A stretch of DNA of 61,900 nt, counting the filler, from Candidatus Zapsychrus exili (GTDB taxonomy: Bacteria; Omnitrophota; Gorgyraeia; Zapsychrales; Zapsychraceae), in NCBI GenBank assembly GCA_030765585.1. It is 7 parts of 7 records of this genome, joined end to end, with 100 filler letters (N's around TTAATTAATTAA, not from the genome) between each part and the next. Parts side by side here need not be neighbours in the genome. Positions count along the whole stretch, not along the records: positions 29,668 to 36,510 come from JAVCCJ010000054.1; positions 36,611 to 41,346 come from JAVCCJ010000101.1; positions 41,447 to 52,286 come from JAVCCJ010000099.1; 4 more parts are not named here. One strand, given 5' to 3'. The notes beneath the pieces are model-generated. The model was not told the DNA's origin. It searched no databases and saw only the letters and a list, made by a program, of their open reading frames with translations. This document shows positions 32,320 to 42,409 of this stretch, one piece after another (the stretch's first letter is position 1; each line of letters starts with the position of its first letter). The position numbers and the translations under genes were made by a program.

Positions 32320-33192
32320 ATGCTTATGCTTAAAAAATATTTGACAGAAGGAAGAGTAATCAAGGTAAGGTTCTTGATGACCGTTTTAGTGGCACTTGCT
32401 ATTGTTTTTACCTTTACGGCGATAACAAGGGCAGAGGAAGCTGTTGAAGTTAGTGCAAGTTTGAAGAATGTCATTGAAGAAAATCAGCTGTTGTTTGTTC
32501 AAATAAAAGAATTGGAAGCGCAATTAGAAAAATTTAAAGCTGAGAATTCAGAAAAAGAAGCACAGTATAATCAATTAAAAGAAGATAAAAAAGGATTATC
32601 TGATGAATTCAAAAGTCTTCAAAGTTCTAATGTCAGGTATATTAAGGAAATTAGAAGGCTTGAAGGCGGTATATCAGACTTGCAGATCGTCAAAAGAAGA
32701 AATCAGAGAAAGCTAAAAGATTTAGAGCAAGAATTATCTAATTATGCTGAAATTGAAGATGATGATGGTACGCCTGGAGTAGAAGTCATTGAAAGTATAG
32801 ATAAAATAAAATCAAGAGAAAGCAAAACTTTAGATTTGCTTTCTAAAATAGATGCGTTTACTGAAGAAGATGAGGTTTTAAGAAGAGACTCTGCTAAGGC
32901 TCATTATAATATGGGAAATATTTATTTTAAAAAAGGTGAATATGAAATTGCTGCTAGAGAGTATTATCAAGCAGTTACTTTGATGCCAAATGATCCAGAT
33001 TCTCATTATAATCTTGCTTATGTGAGTGGTGAATACTTGAAAGATTATAGAACAGCGCTAAAACATTATCAGATGTATTTATATTTAAATCCAGGCGCTC
33101 AAGATAAAAATTTTATAAAAGAAAAAGTATTGCAAGCTAAGCTAGTAATAAAGAGTCTAGTTGATTCTCCTTTGGATAAGCTTGATAAATAG
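32320..33192 (+). CDS. Exported coiled-coil / TPR protein
   Basis: Hydrophobic N-terminus; AHYNMGNIY..GEYE.A, DSHYNLA. Start uncertain. Confidence 0.8.
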   Translation: MLMLKKYLTEGRVIKVRFLMTVLVALAIVFTFTAITRAEEAVEVSASLKNVIEENQLLFVQIKELEAQLEKFKAENSEKEAQYNQLKEDKKGLSDEFKSLQSSNVRYIKEIRRLEGGISDLQIVKRRNQRKLKDLEQELSNYAEIEDDDGTPGVEVIESIDKIKSRESKTLDLLSKIDAFTEEDEVLRRDSAKAHYNMGNIYFKKGEYEIAAREYYQAVTLMPNDPDSHYNLAYVSGEYLKDYRTALKHYQMYLYLNPGAQDKNFIKEKVLQAKLVIKSLVDSPLDKLDK

Positions 33193-33385
33193 AAGCATGT
33201 TGTTTTTAAAGATTTTATGATCATGAAGTTTTGTGATATTAAAATAGATTCATTACGGTTGGCGTAGTAACAAAAAACAAAATATTTTAAAATTTTGACA
33301 AAATACTTAATTTGTCCACGGGGGAGTTGTGCGCCCATTTTTCGGAAAAAACATTTTAAATATTAATAAAAATAACTCTTATCCT

Positions 33386-34999
33386 ATGAAAAACTCTAAA
33401 TTTATGTTCAATAAAACATCTTTAAAAGTATTCATTTTGACTTCGTTTATTATCTTTTCTTCTTTAATTTTCAATTCCCACCTTTACGCCAATAATTTAT
33501 CTATTAGTAATGTCTCCCTCGGAGACAGAGACCCATCTTCAGACACAATTGTTGTCAATTTTGATATTTCTTGGGACAATTCTTGGAAGACAAAAATCAA
33601 TCATGACGCCACATGGATCACAATCCGTTTACATAATCCTTCCTTAACGCCAACAAACAAAAAATTATGTCAACTAACCTACGCAGGCCTTAATCCTCAA
33701 GGAATATCCTTAGACTCTGCTTCCGTATTGGAAGCTTATGTTTCTTCGGATAAAAAAGGAGCATTCTTACGCCCATCCTCTTATGGACATAACAGCTCTT
33801 TAGTTACAGAAAGTATTGAAGCAACTATTGATTATAGTAGTTGTGGTTTTAGTGATGATAGTAGTGTTTATGCAAGCGTTTTTGGAATAGAAATGGTTTA
33901 TGTTCCAGAAGGAAGCTTTTATGCAGGTGATAATGACACCAGCACAGCTTGTTTAGATCAAGGATCTTCTGATTCAAATCCATGGAACATATCAAGTGAG
34001 TCAGCGATTTCTATTTCAAACCCTACTTCAGACGGATATCATTATGTTTCTGCAGGAAATACTAACGAAGATGCTACAGGCGCGAGTTTTACGCTTCTAG
34101 CAGATTTTCCTAAAGGTTATAAATCTTTTTATGCTATGAAGTATGAAGTTACAGAAGAGCAATGGGTAGAATTTTTCAATTCCTTGTCTTCTTCTGCAAG
34201 AACAAATAGGGATATTACAGATGGCAGCCATAAAAATACAGACACTGTTTCGTATCGAAATACTATAAGTTGCTTTGGATCTCCTTTGGTTTGTTCGTCT
34301 TTAAAAGATTCAAGAGCTTTGAGTTATGTAACTTGGATGGATTTAACAGCTTTTCTTGATTGGGCAGCATTAAGGCCAATCACAGAATTAGAATATGAAA
34401 AAATGAGTAGAGGAGCAGCTTTAGCTGTATCTGGAGAATTTGCATGGGGTGCGACTGATATAATTGCTGCAACGACAATTTCTGGATCAGATGAAGATGG
34501 GACAGAAACAATAGCTAATTCAAGTGCAAACGTTAATTATAATAATACAATTTTAAGTGGCGGAGATACGTCAGGCGGTGCAGATTATACTAAGGGGCCA
34601 TTACGTGTGGGAATATTTGCAGTGAGCTCAGCTACGCGAACAAATGCAGGTGCAGGATATTATGGCAATATGGAGCTTTCAGGAAATTTGAGAGAACGTA
34701 TCGTAACAATTGGTAATGCAGCAGGAAGGTCTTTTATTGGTTCTCATGGAGATGGAGTTTTATCAATTGATTCTAGTTATGAAGGCAATGCAACAAATGC
34801 AGACTGGCCAGGAATAGATGATGTTGCAACAAGAGGAATTACTAATGCTGGCGGATCTGGTTTTAAAGGTGGGTCCTGGGAAGATCAATCGTCAGGTACA
34901 AGATTAAGAACTTCAGATAGAAACAATGCTGCAGAAACATCAACTGCAGCTTATAGTAACGCTGGTGGTCGAGGAGCAAGGACTTATGATGGAGAATAA
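33386..34999 (+). CDS. SUMF1/FGE-sulfatase-like exported protein, paralog 1
   Basis: FDISWDNSW, EMVYVPEGSF, MKYEVT..QW, TELEYEK, MELSGNL.E, GGSW. Start uncertain (33329, 33386 or 33404). Confidence 0.78.
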   Translation: MKNSKFMFNKTSLKVFILTSFIIFSSLIFNSHLYANNLSISNVSLGDRDPSSDTIVVNFDISWDNSWKTKINHDATWITIRLHNPSLTPTNKKLCQLTYAGLNPQGISLDSASVLEAYVSSDKKGAFLRPSSYGHNSSLVTESIEATIDYSSCGFSDDSSVYASVFGIEMVYVPEGSFYAGDNDTSTACLDQGSSDSNPWNISSESAISISNPTSDGYHYVSAGNTNEDATGASFTLLADFPKGYKSFYAMKYEVTEEQWVEFFNSLSSSARTNRDITDGSHKNTDTVSYRNTISCFGSPLVCSSLKDSRALSYVTWMDLTAFLDWAALRPITELEYEKMSRGAALAVSGEFAWGATDIIAATTISGSDEDGTETIANSSANVNYNNTILSGGDTSGGADYTKGPLRVGIFAVSSATRTNAGAGYYGNMELSGNLRERIVTIGNAAGRSFIGSHGDGVLSIDSSYEGNATNADWPGIDDVATRGITNAGGSGFKGGSWEDQSSGTRLRTSDRNNAAETSTAAYSNAGGRGARTYDGE

Positions 35000-36510
35000 T
35001 AAAAAACTTAAGGTGTTATTTTTTATTTTGATTGCAGTGGTAGCGTTTTCTTTTATGGCCAATCAAGCAATGGCTAACAATTTATCGATAGAGAATTTCG
35101 AAGTTTATTCTACTGACGCAACAACAAATACTATAACATTTTCATGTGACATATCTTGGGAAAATAGTTGGCGTAATGTAACAAACTATGATGCTGTTTG
35201 GGTATTTCTAAAATATTCTACAAATGCCGGTGCAACTTGGTCTCATGCAAGTATGTCCTCAAGCGGAACAAATCCAGCAGGATTTAATTCTCCTACAGGG
35301 TTTGAAATAGTTGCTCCTAACGATGAAAAAGGGTTTTTCTTACAAAGAACAGATTTGGCATCAGGCAATGTAAATACGCCTAGTGTTAGATTTGTTTGGG
35401 ATTATAGCCAAGATGGATTAAGTGATGAAACAGCTATGGCAGCAAATACAATAAATAAGATTTTTGGAATTGAAATGGTCTATATACCTGAAGGTTCGTT
35501 CTATTTAGGAGACGGAAACAGTTCATCTGCATATAAATTTAAACAAGGTGGATCAGATGATGATCCTTGGTATATTCAAAATGAGAATGCGATAACAACG
35601 ACAAGCACATCAGCTGATGGTTTTTATTATCAAAGTTCAGGAGCATCTGGTGAAAGTAGTACAGCGTCAGTATTTCTTATACCAACATCTTTTCCTAAAG
35701 GATATAAGGCATTTTATCAAATGAAATATGAATTGACTGAAGGGCAGTGGGTAGCATTTTTTAATACTTTAACTTCTAGTCAAAAAACAAATAGAGATAT
35801 TACAAGCGCTAATGAAGGTGGTAAAAATTCCGATTCTGTTGCAAATCGTAATACTGTTTCTTGGGATTCATCTAATCTTAATTCAAGCGCAACTTCATCA
35901 AGACCAGATAGATCGGTAAGTTATATTTCTTGGCCTGATATGTTGGCATATGCCGATTGGTCAGCTTTAAGACCAACGACAGAATTAGAGTTCGAGAAAT
36001 CAGCAAGAGGTGTAGATATATCTTCTGTTGTAGATGAGTTGGCTTGGGGGAATACATCTGTTAATAATGCAGAAGCTGGTGAAATTTATCCAGATGCAGA
36101 TGAAGATGGGGACGAGCAAATATCTGATAGTGGAGCTAATATAAATCGTAATAACTCCAGCTGGAGTTCTGGAGATGGAAGGACAGGCGGAGATGCTCAG
36201 GGACAAAAAGGTCCTTTACGTGCAGGAGTTTTTGCTGAGAGTTCAACAACAAGAACAACAAGCGGTGCAGGTTATTACGGAACGATGGAACTATCTGGAA
36301 ATCTTCATGAAATGGTAGCCTCCGTTGGTAAGTCTGAAGGTAGACAATTTTTAGGAACACATGGAGATGGGGAACTTACAACTATATCTGGTTATGAAGG
36401 AAATGCAACGAATATAGATTGGCCTGGCATAAATAGTATAGATTCTGCAAGAGGAATTACGGGTACTATAGGTTCTGGATATAGAGGAGGAGATTTTAAT
36501 AATTCAAGCA
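34986..36510 (+). CDS. SUMF1/FGE-sulfatase-like exported protein, paralog 2 (truncated by contig end)
   Basis: Colinear with paralog 1 (DISWENSW, EMVYIPEGSF, FPKGY, GPLRAG, MELSGNL); RBS GAGGAG. Confidence 0.78.
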
Positions 36511-36610
36511 NNNNNNNNNNNNNNNNNNNNNNNNNNNNNNNNNNNNNNNNNNNNTTAATTAATTAANNNNNNNNNNNNNNNNNNNNNNNNNNNNNNNNNN
36601 NNNNNNNNNN

Positions 36611-36976
36611 AACTTCCGACTTTATCTCGTTCATCAGTTTCATAGCCTCAATAATACAAAGCACTTGTCCAACCTCAACAATTTGTCCAACCTCAACATA
36701 AGAAGCAACATCTGGCGAAGAAGCCCTATAAAAAGTTCCTACCATGGGAGATTTAATTTCTTCACCTGCAGGTATCGCAGGACTTTCTTGTACTTTAGAT
36801 TGATCTTGGGCTTGAGATACAACAACAGGTTGTACTTGTGAGGATTGTTCTACATGTACAATTTGACCCGAAACTTTTTTAAGCTTAATTTTAGATCCTT
36901 CTCGTTCAACCTCCATTTCAGCTAAACCATTTTCATTCATGAGGTTGATAATTTCTCGAATTTCTTTAAGATTCAT
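36611..36976 (-). CDS. accB: Acetyl-CoA carboxylase biotin carboxyl carrier protein (3' end cut by contig edge)
   Basis: [19 protein letters not shown]. Confidence 0.95.
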
Positions 36977-37539
36977 TTTTTCACCCTTTCAACATATTCT
37001 CCGGATCTTGTATCAACTTTTATCCGGTCTCCTATATTTATAAATAATGGAACTCCAATTGCCGCTCCTGTTTCTATTGTCGCGGGTTTATTGCCTGCCC
37101 TTGACGAATCACCCTTGAACCCAGGCTCTGTATGAGTTATTTCACACGATACAAACGTAGGAAGTATTACTTTTAATATCTCGTCATTATAAAAGAAACC
37201 AATAACTTCTAAATGATCTGTTAAAAATCGAACAGCATCTTTCAATACATCCTTCGATATTGCAACTTCTTCAAATGTGTCATGATCCATAAAATGATAA
37301 GAGTCGCCGCTTTGATACAAATTCTCAAGCTTTCTTTCATCTAAAATAATTTCTTCTACTTTATCTACAGGTTTAAAAGTTTTTTCAATTACTTGATCTG
37401 TTTTGATGTTTTTTAGCTTAGTTCTTGCAAATGCTCCACCTTTTCCAGGCTTCACATGCTGATGTTCTACCACTAAGAAAATATCTGCGCCTACAAGTAT
37501 GCTTTTTCCTGTTGTAATTTGACTAATTGATATCGCCAC
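36973..37539 (-). CDS. efp: Elongation factor P
   Basis: [37 protein letters not shown]. Confidence 0.97.
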   Translation of the reverse strand: MAISISQITTGKSILVGADIFLVVEHQHVKPGKGGAFARTKLKNIKTDQVIEKTFKPVDKVEEIILDERKLENLYQSGDSYHFMDHDTFEEVAISKDVLKDAVRFLTDHLEVIGFFYNDEILKVILPTFVSCEITHTEPGFKGDSSRAGNKPATIETGAAIGVPLFINIGDRIKVDTRSGEYVERVKK

Positions 37540-38572
37540 TTAAAATCTCATATCCTTTTTTTGTTACCAAAACCATGTCTTCTATTCTAATCCCAAACTT
37601 ATTAGGAATATAAATGCCTGGCTCAACCGTTACGATCATGCCTTCTTTTAAATACTCTTGACTTAATTTCGACAAAATAGGTCTTTCATGGACTTCTAAT
37701 CCAACTCCATGACCCAATGAATGAGTAAAAAACTTATCTAACTTATGCTTTTTAAATAACTTACGCGCGAAATTGTCAATATCCGCTGTACTTACCCCAG
37801 GGGCTATTTTCTCTATTGCACTAACCTGGACTTCCTTTACTATACTATTTACCTCTCTTAAAGGTTTGGGTATTCTACCTAAAAAGAACATTCGTGTCAA
37901 GTCGGACTTATAGCCATTCAAATCTACTCCCATATCGACGAGAATTATATCATTCTTAAGCACTTTTCTGCCTGTTATTTGAGCATGCGGATAACACGAA
38001 TTGACTCCTGATGCCACAATAGTTTCAAAAGATAATCTAGCTCCTTTAGACTTAACAAAATTATCAATTTTAAAAGCAATTTCTTTCTCTGTTAAATCTG
38101 GTTTAATAATACTTTTAATATATTTATTAGTACTCTTATGTAAATTTAAAGATTTCTTTATACTATTAATTTCATCTTTCGACTTAATTGACCTTAAAAG
38201 CTCTACAGCTCCGCTTCTATCAACAAGTCTGATTGTCCCACATGCTTTTTTTATGCTTTTATGCTGCGCATAAGTTAACACATTGCCTTCAAAACCAATA
38301 TTCTTAATTTTAAGTGTTTTTAAAATTGTGGCTAGTGTCTTTGGCAGAGATTCTTTTATACATTCTAGCTTTATACCACGAAGCTTCTTTTTCACTTCAA
38401 GCATATAACGAGAGTCTGTAATATAAAAAACTTTATTTCTTGCGATTAAAAGCCATGCGTCTTCTGCAGAGAATCCTACTAAATAAGATATATTGGCATC
38501 TTTTGTCACAACAAAAGCGTCAATATTATCTTGTTTAAAGACAGAAATAATATGCTTTAATCTTTTATTCAC
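37523..38572 (-). CDS. Xaa-Pro peptidase (M24)
   Basis: PHA, DMG..GYKSDLTR, HSLGHGVGLEVHE, TVEPGIY, GIRIED. Confidence 0.94.
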   Translation of the reverse strand: MNKRLKHIISVFKQDNIDAFVVTKDANISYLVGFSAEDAWLLIARNKVFYITDSRYMLEVKKKLRGIKLECIKESLPKTLATILKTLKIKNIGFEGNVLTYAQHKSIKKACGTIRLVDRSGAVELLRSIKSKDEINSIKKSLNLHKSTNKYIKSIIKPDLTEKEIAFKIDNFVKSKGARLSFETIVASGVNSCYPHAQITGRKVLKNDIILVDMGVDLNGYKSDLTRMFFLGRIPKPLREVNSIVKEVQVSAIEKIAPGVSTADIDNFARKLFKKHKLDKFFTHSLGHGVGLEVHERPILSKLSQEYLKEGMIVTVEPGIYIPNKFGIRIEDMVLVTKKGYEILSGDIN

Positions 38573-38586
38573 AATAAGTATAAAAA

Positions 38587-39027
38587 TTAATTTTTTAGAA
38601 GTTCAATAGTTGCTTTCAAACCAAGTATATAGCTGCTTACTCCGAATCCACTGATTTGACCGAAAGCCACAGGAGCTATTAAGGATGTGTGACGGAACTC
38701 TTCACGCGCGTAGATATTAGACAGATGTACTTCAATAGCTGGTATATCAACAGCTGCAATAGCATCACGAATAGCAACGCTTGTATGAGTGTATGCTGCT
38801 GGATTAATCAAGATTGCTTTTATGCCGGCCTCTTTTGTACGACCAATAGCATCAACAATTTCGCCTTCATGGTTAGATTGTAAAATATCTAAAGAAACTT
38901 CATTTTCCTTCGCTATTTTATCTAAAATAACATTTATTTCATCTAATGTTGTTTGCCCATATATATCTTTTTCTCTCGTGCCTAAAAGATTTAAATTTGG
39001 TCCATGAATAACTAATATTTTACTCAA
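38587..39027 (-). CDS. aroQ: Type II 3-dehydroquinate dehydratase
   Basis: [43 protein letters not shown] start after AGGAGG. Confidence 0.96.
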   Translation of the reverse strand: MSKILVIHGPNLNLLGTREKDIYGQTTLDEINVILDKIAKENEVSLDILQSNHEGEIVDAIGRTKEAGIKAILINPAAYTHTSVAIRDAIAAVDIPAIEVHLSNIYAREEFRHTSLIAPVAFGQISGFGVSSYILGLKATIELLKN

Positions 39028-39037
39028 TTCAAACCTC

Positions 39038-39193
39038 CTATTTTTCTGCTTCATCCACTAGAAGCACTGGTATACCATCTTTAATTGGATATTTACGACC
39101 ACAACTTATACATACAATTTTATCCTCTATTTCTTTAACCTCGCCTCTGCATGCAGGACAGGCTAATATATCTAAAAGACTTTTATCTACCAT
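39038..39193 (-). CDS. Trm112-family small protein (absent from ORF track)
   Basis: [43 protein letters not shown]. Confidence 0.9.
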   Translation of the reverse strand: MVDKSLLDILACPACRGEVKEIEDKIVCISCGRKYPIKDGIPVLLVDEAEK

Positions 39194-39195
39194 GA

Positions 39196-39588
39196 TTACT
39201 TATTCTCTTTGTTAGCAAGCTCAACATATTTCATTTGAAGCTCATAAACAGATGCTTCAAGCAAATTAGCTTCTTTCTCATCTAAATTGCCTTTAGTTTT
39301 TTCTTTAAGCATTATAAGAGTATCTATCAGAAACTTCGCTTGATTAATATTCTTATCAGTCTCATTAGTGATAGGGTTTGGCACCTCGCCTAAGAAAATC
39401 ATTGTTTGAAAGCCCAAGCTTGCAATATAATTCATAAAATTAAGCTCTGGTGCAGCTTCTTGAGCAGCCGTCTCTGCACTTTCTTCTGATTTTACCTCTG
39501 GCGCTGATTCCGACTTTTGCGCTTCTTGCTTTTCCTTTACAGCGTCTTCTTTCCAAGACTCATCTACTTTTTTTTCTTCACTCATCAT
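39196..39588 (-). CDS. DUF1844 family protein
   Basis: KKVDESWK..IFLGEVPNP..AKFLIDTL..LKEKTKGNL..E..LL. Confidence 0.85.
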   Translation of the reverse strand: MMSEEKKVDESWKEDAVKEKQEAQKSESAPEVKSEESAETAAQEAAPELNFMNYIASLGFQTMIFLGEVPNPITNETDKNINQAKFLIDTLIMLKEKTKGNLDEKEANLLEASVYELQMKYVELANKENK

Positions 39589-39693
39589 TATACCTCTTCA
39601 TTATTATATTATTAGTATTAATAGTATTAAATAGAGTACCACTCTATAAGTATGTTGTCAATTGCTAGAGCTTGACTTAAAAATATTTATATT

Positions 39694-40398
39694 TTATTCA
39701 TCAATCTCGAAAGATATAACCACATTAAAAGTTAATTCTGGATAGTTTAAATCTTTTGGGAAGCTTGAGAAAGGGCTTGCATCTTTTATACTTCTTTTAC
39801 CTATTTTCCTTAAATAATCATTAGCTCTCGTTCTTTCTTCAATAATCTTTATATCTTTCAAAGATCCATCTGCAGACAATACAAACGTAAGATAAACTTC
39901 ACCTACCTCAAAATCAGGATGATCTATATGAGAATAGGCCATTTGTTTTATCTTCTGCCTAATATTTTGATTATAACTAACATATTTTACATTAGTTATC
40001 TTTTCAGATTTTAATATTGGGACTTTTATCTTACGCCCCATATCTAATGTTTTAATTTTAGGGGCTTGTTTCTTGTCTAATTTGAATTTCTTTTCAAATT
40101 TAGATATATCCTTTATATTCTTACCTGGAGACGAAAAGAAGTCTTCTTTCTTAGAAGCTATTTCTATATTGTCACTAAACTTTTCTTTTTCTATTCTTGT
40201 TTCTTCAATAACTTTAAGAGACTTAGAAGACAAGTTTTCTCTTTTGCTTTCTTTTGGTTGTATTTTATAATACGTAACTTCAATTTGCTTTATCTGTCTT
40301 TTAAGCAGCTTCATTTGCGAATTTGAAAATCCAATAACAAAAACACAATGTAAGGCAAAAGAAATTAACAATGCATAATTAAATGTTCTATTTTCCAT
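39694..40398 (-). CDS. TonB/TolA-like C-terminal domain protein
   Basis: ISFALH anchor; Y...IRQKI..GEVYLTFVL..DG..SIKDASPF..FP. Confidence 0.7.
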   Translation of the reverse strand: MENRTFNYALLISFALHCVFVIGFSNSQMKLLKRQIKQIEVTYYKIQPKESKRENLSSKSLKVIEETRIEKEKFSDNIEIASKKEDFFSSPGKNIKDISKFEKKFKLDKKQAPKIKTLDMGRKIKVPILKSEKITNVKYVSYNQNIRQKIKQMAYSHIDHPDFEVGEVYLTFVLSADGSLKDIKIIEERTRANDYLRKIGKRSIKDASPFSSFPKDLNYPELTFNVVISFEIDE

Positions 40399-40439
40399 AT
40401 ATATTTATATTCTTCTTTAAGGCAGGTCTATTTGCCTTT

Positions 40440-41105
40440 TTAAGTAGCAAATATTTCTTTTAAAAAGTATATAATAAAACGAATAGTATCTTTGAAAGGA
40501 TTTATTTTACTCACTTCGTTTCTATAAATTGTTTCAATCACAACAGATGAAATTTTAGTATATTTCTTAGCAGCCTTTATCAAAATCTCGGTCTCAAATT
40601 CAAATTCATCACAAGACAAACTAATTTTATCCAGAACATCACATCCTACATATCTGTATCCACACTGTGTGTCTGGTATGGTTTGTTTACATACGGAAGA
40701 AATTAAAGCGGACATAAATTTATTTGTTAAATAACGAATAAACGGCATGTCTCTTGAATCATTCATTCTGTTTCCAACAACAATAATATCTTTATTTCCA
40801 TTTACTTTATCTAAAAATTTATCTACATCATTAACATTATGTTGCCCATCTCCATCAAGTATTATAACTCCATCATATTTTTCACTTACTATTCTGTTAA
40901 ACCCTCGACGAATAGAATATCCCTTACCACTTTTGTTTTCATTTCTTATTACAAACGCTCCATTATTTTTTGCAATATCGCCAGAATTATCCGTCGATCC
41001 ATCATCTACAACAAAAACATCATGATTCTTTTTCTTTAAACCATCTACTACTTGTCCTATTGTTTTTGATTCATTAAAGACTGGAATTAAAATACAGACT
41101 TTCAT
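40440..41105 (-). CDS. GT2 glycosyltransferase (DPM synthase-like)
   Basis: LIPVFNE, VVDDGSTD, GKG, DGDGQH, DTQCGYR. Confidence 0.93.
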   Translation of the reverse strand: MKVCILIPVFNESKTIGQVVDGLKKKNHDVFVVDDGSTDNSGDIAKNNGAFVIRNENKSGKGYSIRRGFNRIVSEKYDGVIILDGDGQHNVNDVDKFLDKVNGNKDIIVVGNRMNDSRDMPFIRYLTNKFMSALISSVCKQTIPDTQCGYRYVGCDVLDKISLSCDEFEFETEILIKAAKKYTKISSVVIETIYRNEVSKINPFKDTIRFIIYFLKEIFAT

Positions 41106-41346
41106 TTTACGGGAAACTCCCTAAACATTAACCATTGAGTTGGATATTCTCTAATTTTTTTCTCTATTACCCTTATATACTCTCTTATAACGCTCACTAT
41201 CATATCCTGTTCTACCAATTCGTTAGATGTTTGCGGAGAATAAATAGGATCAGATATAAATAATTTAAAGGTGTTGTCTTTTTGTCTAATTAAAAATGCA
41301 GGAATAATTGGTGAACCTGTTTTGCAAGCAAGAACTGCGGGACCTT
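41102..41346 (-). CDS. LpxL/HtrB-like lipid acyltransferase, C-terminal fragment
   Basis: KGPAVLACKTGSPIIPAF..IEKKIREYPTQWLMF; ATGA overlap with the GT2 gene. Confidence 0.8.
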
Positions 41347-41446
41347 NNNNNNNNNNNNNNNNNNNNNNNNNNNNNNNNNNNNNNNNNNNNTTAATTAATT
41401 AANNNNNNNNNNNNNNNNNNNNNNNNNNNNNNNNNNNNNNNNNNNN

Positions 41447-41817
41447 ATGAATGGAAAAAACGGGGAGCAAAAGAAGATATAGAATATGCTATTTTAACAG
41501 CAGAGATTTCAAAAGCCGCTTTTGGCATGACGCCGGAAGAGTATAAAAAATTTAAGGGCTTAAACCGGGAAAACTTGCGTGACCATATGGAAGATTTAGA
41601 ATTGATATTAACAATGCTGGGCGAAGCAACGACAACAAAAATAACCAAAGATAGAAATTCAAAAGGATTTATTCCTTTAAAAAAAGATGCCAAAGAAGGT
41701 GGGGAAGTAGCTGGCTCAGCTAGAAAGGACATTGAAAAAAGAACAGGCAAGCAAGTATTAACAAAAGAAAATTATTTGAAACCTTTAAAACAAATCAAAA
41801 AAGCAAAAATTAAATAA
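41447..41817 (+). CDS. Bro-N / antirepressor-type protein, C-terminal fragment
   Basis: EW..RG..EYAILTAEIS..YKKFKGL..ENLRDHM..LELI..GGEVAG.AR. Confidence 0.75.
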
Positions 41818-41992
41818 AAAAATAACAAAAAAGCCCGTCTTTTACAACTGGCAGTTGATAACGAATAGTTTTCCACTCGCACTCTTGTCATACCAAACAG
41901 AAAAACCTTGTAAAGAGCAAATCCCACAATCCACATTATTTAAAAAACAGCTCTTTTTAAAGCCGTTAATAAAGAACAAGAGTTAGAATCAA

Positions 41993-42239
41993 TTAATATT
42001 CCAGTTTTACTCCGAGTTTGTCAGCCAATTGTTGAATCCATTTTTCCATTTCTATTTACCTTATGACTAAGCATTACCATCTCTTGAAAATAAGTATCTG
42101 CTTTCTTAGCATAGGAATCAACAGCAGTTAATAATTTATTAAAATCCTCTTTGGTAGAAAGATTTTTTACGGCTTCTTTCAAGTCTTCCTTGGTTGCAAA
42201 GACATCTATAAGTTTTTGTATATCTTTATCTTCAAGCAT
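41993..42239 (-). CDS. Small coiled-coil protein with apparent 1-nt insertion near 42050
   Basis: MLEDKDIQKL..ATKEDL..HKVNR; removing one A gives MEKWIQQLADKLGVKLEY*. Confidence 0.6.
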
Positions 42240-42409
42240 CGAAATAAATTTATTTATTGAGAGGCGAAATGAATTGAAAATCCATTGAGCATAAATTGTA
42301 TTTTAATTATAGGTTTTTACAAGTTTATGTCAAGCGCCAAGCTTTCGCATAGTAAAAGCGCAGGTAAAGAAGAGAAACAAAGCTTCTCTTCGCCCATAAC
42401 CACAACATT

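Noticed and set aside
33386..36510. Diversity-generating retroelement
   Set aside because: No reverse transcriptase and no near-identical TR/VR pair; the paralogs differ at all base types.
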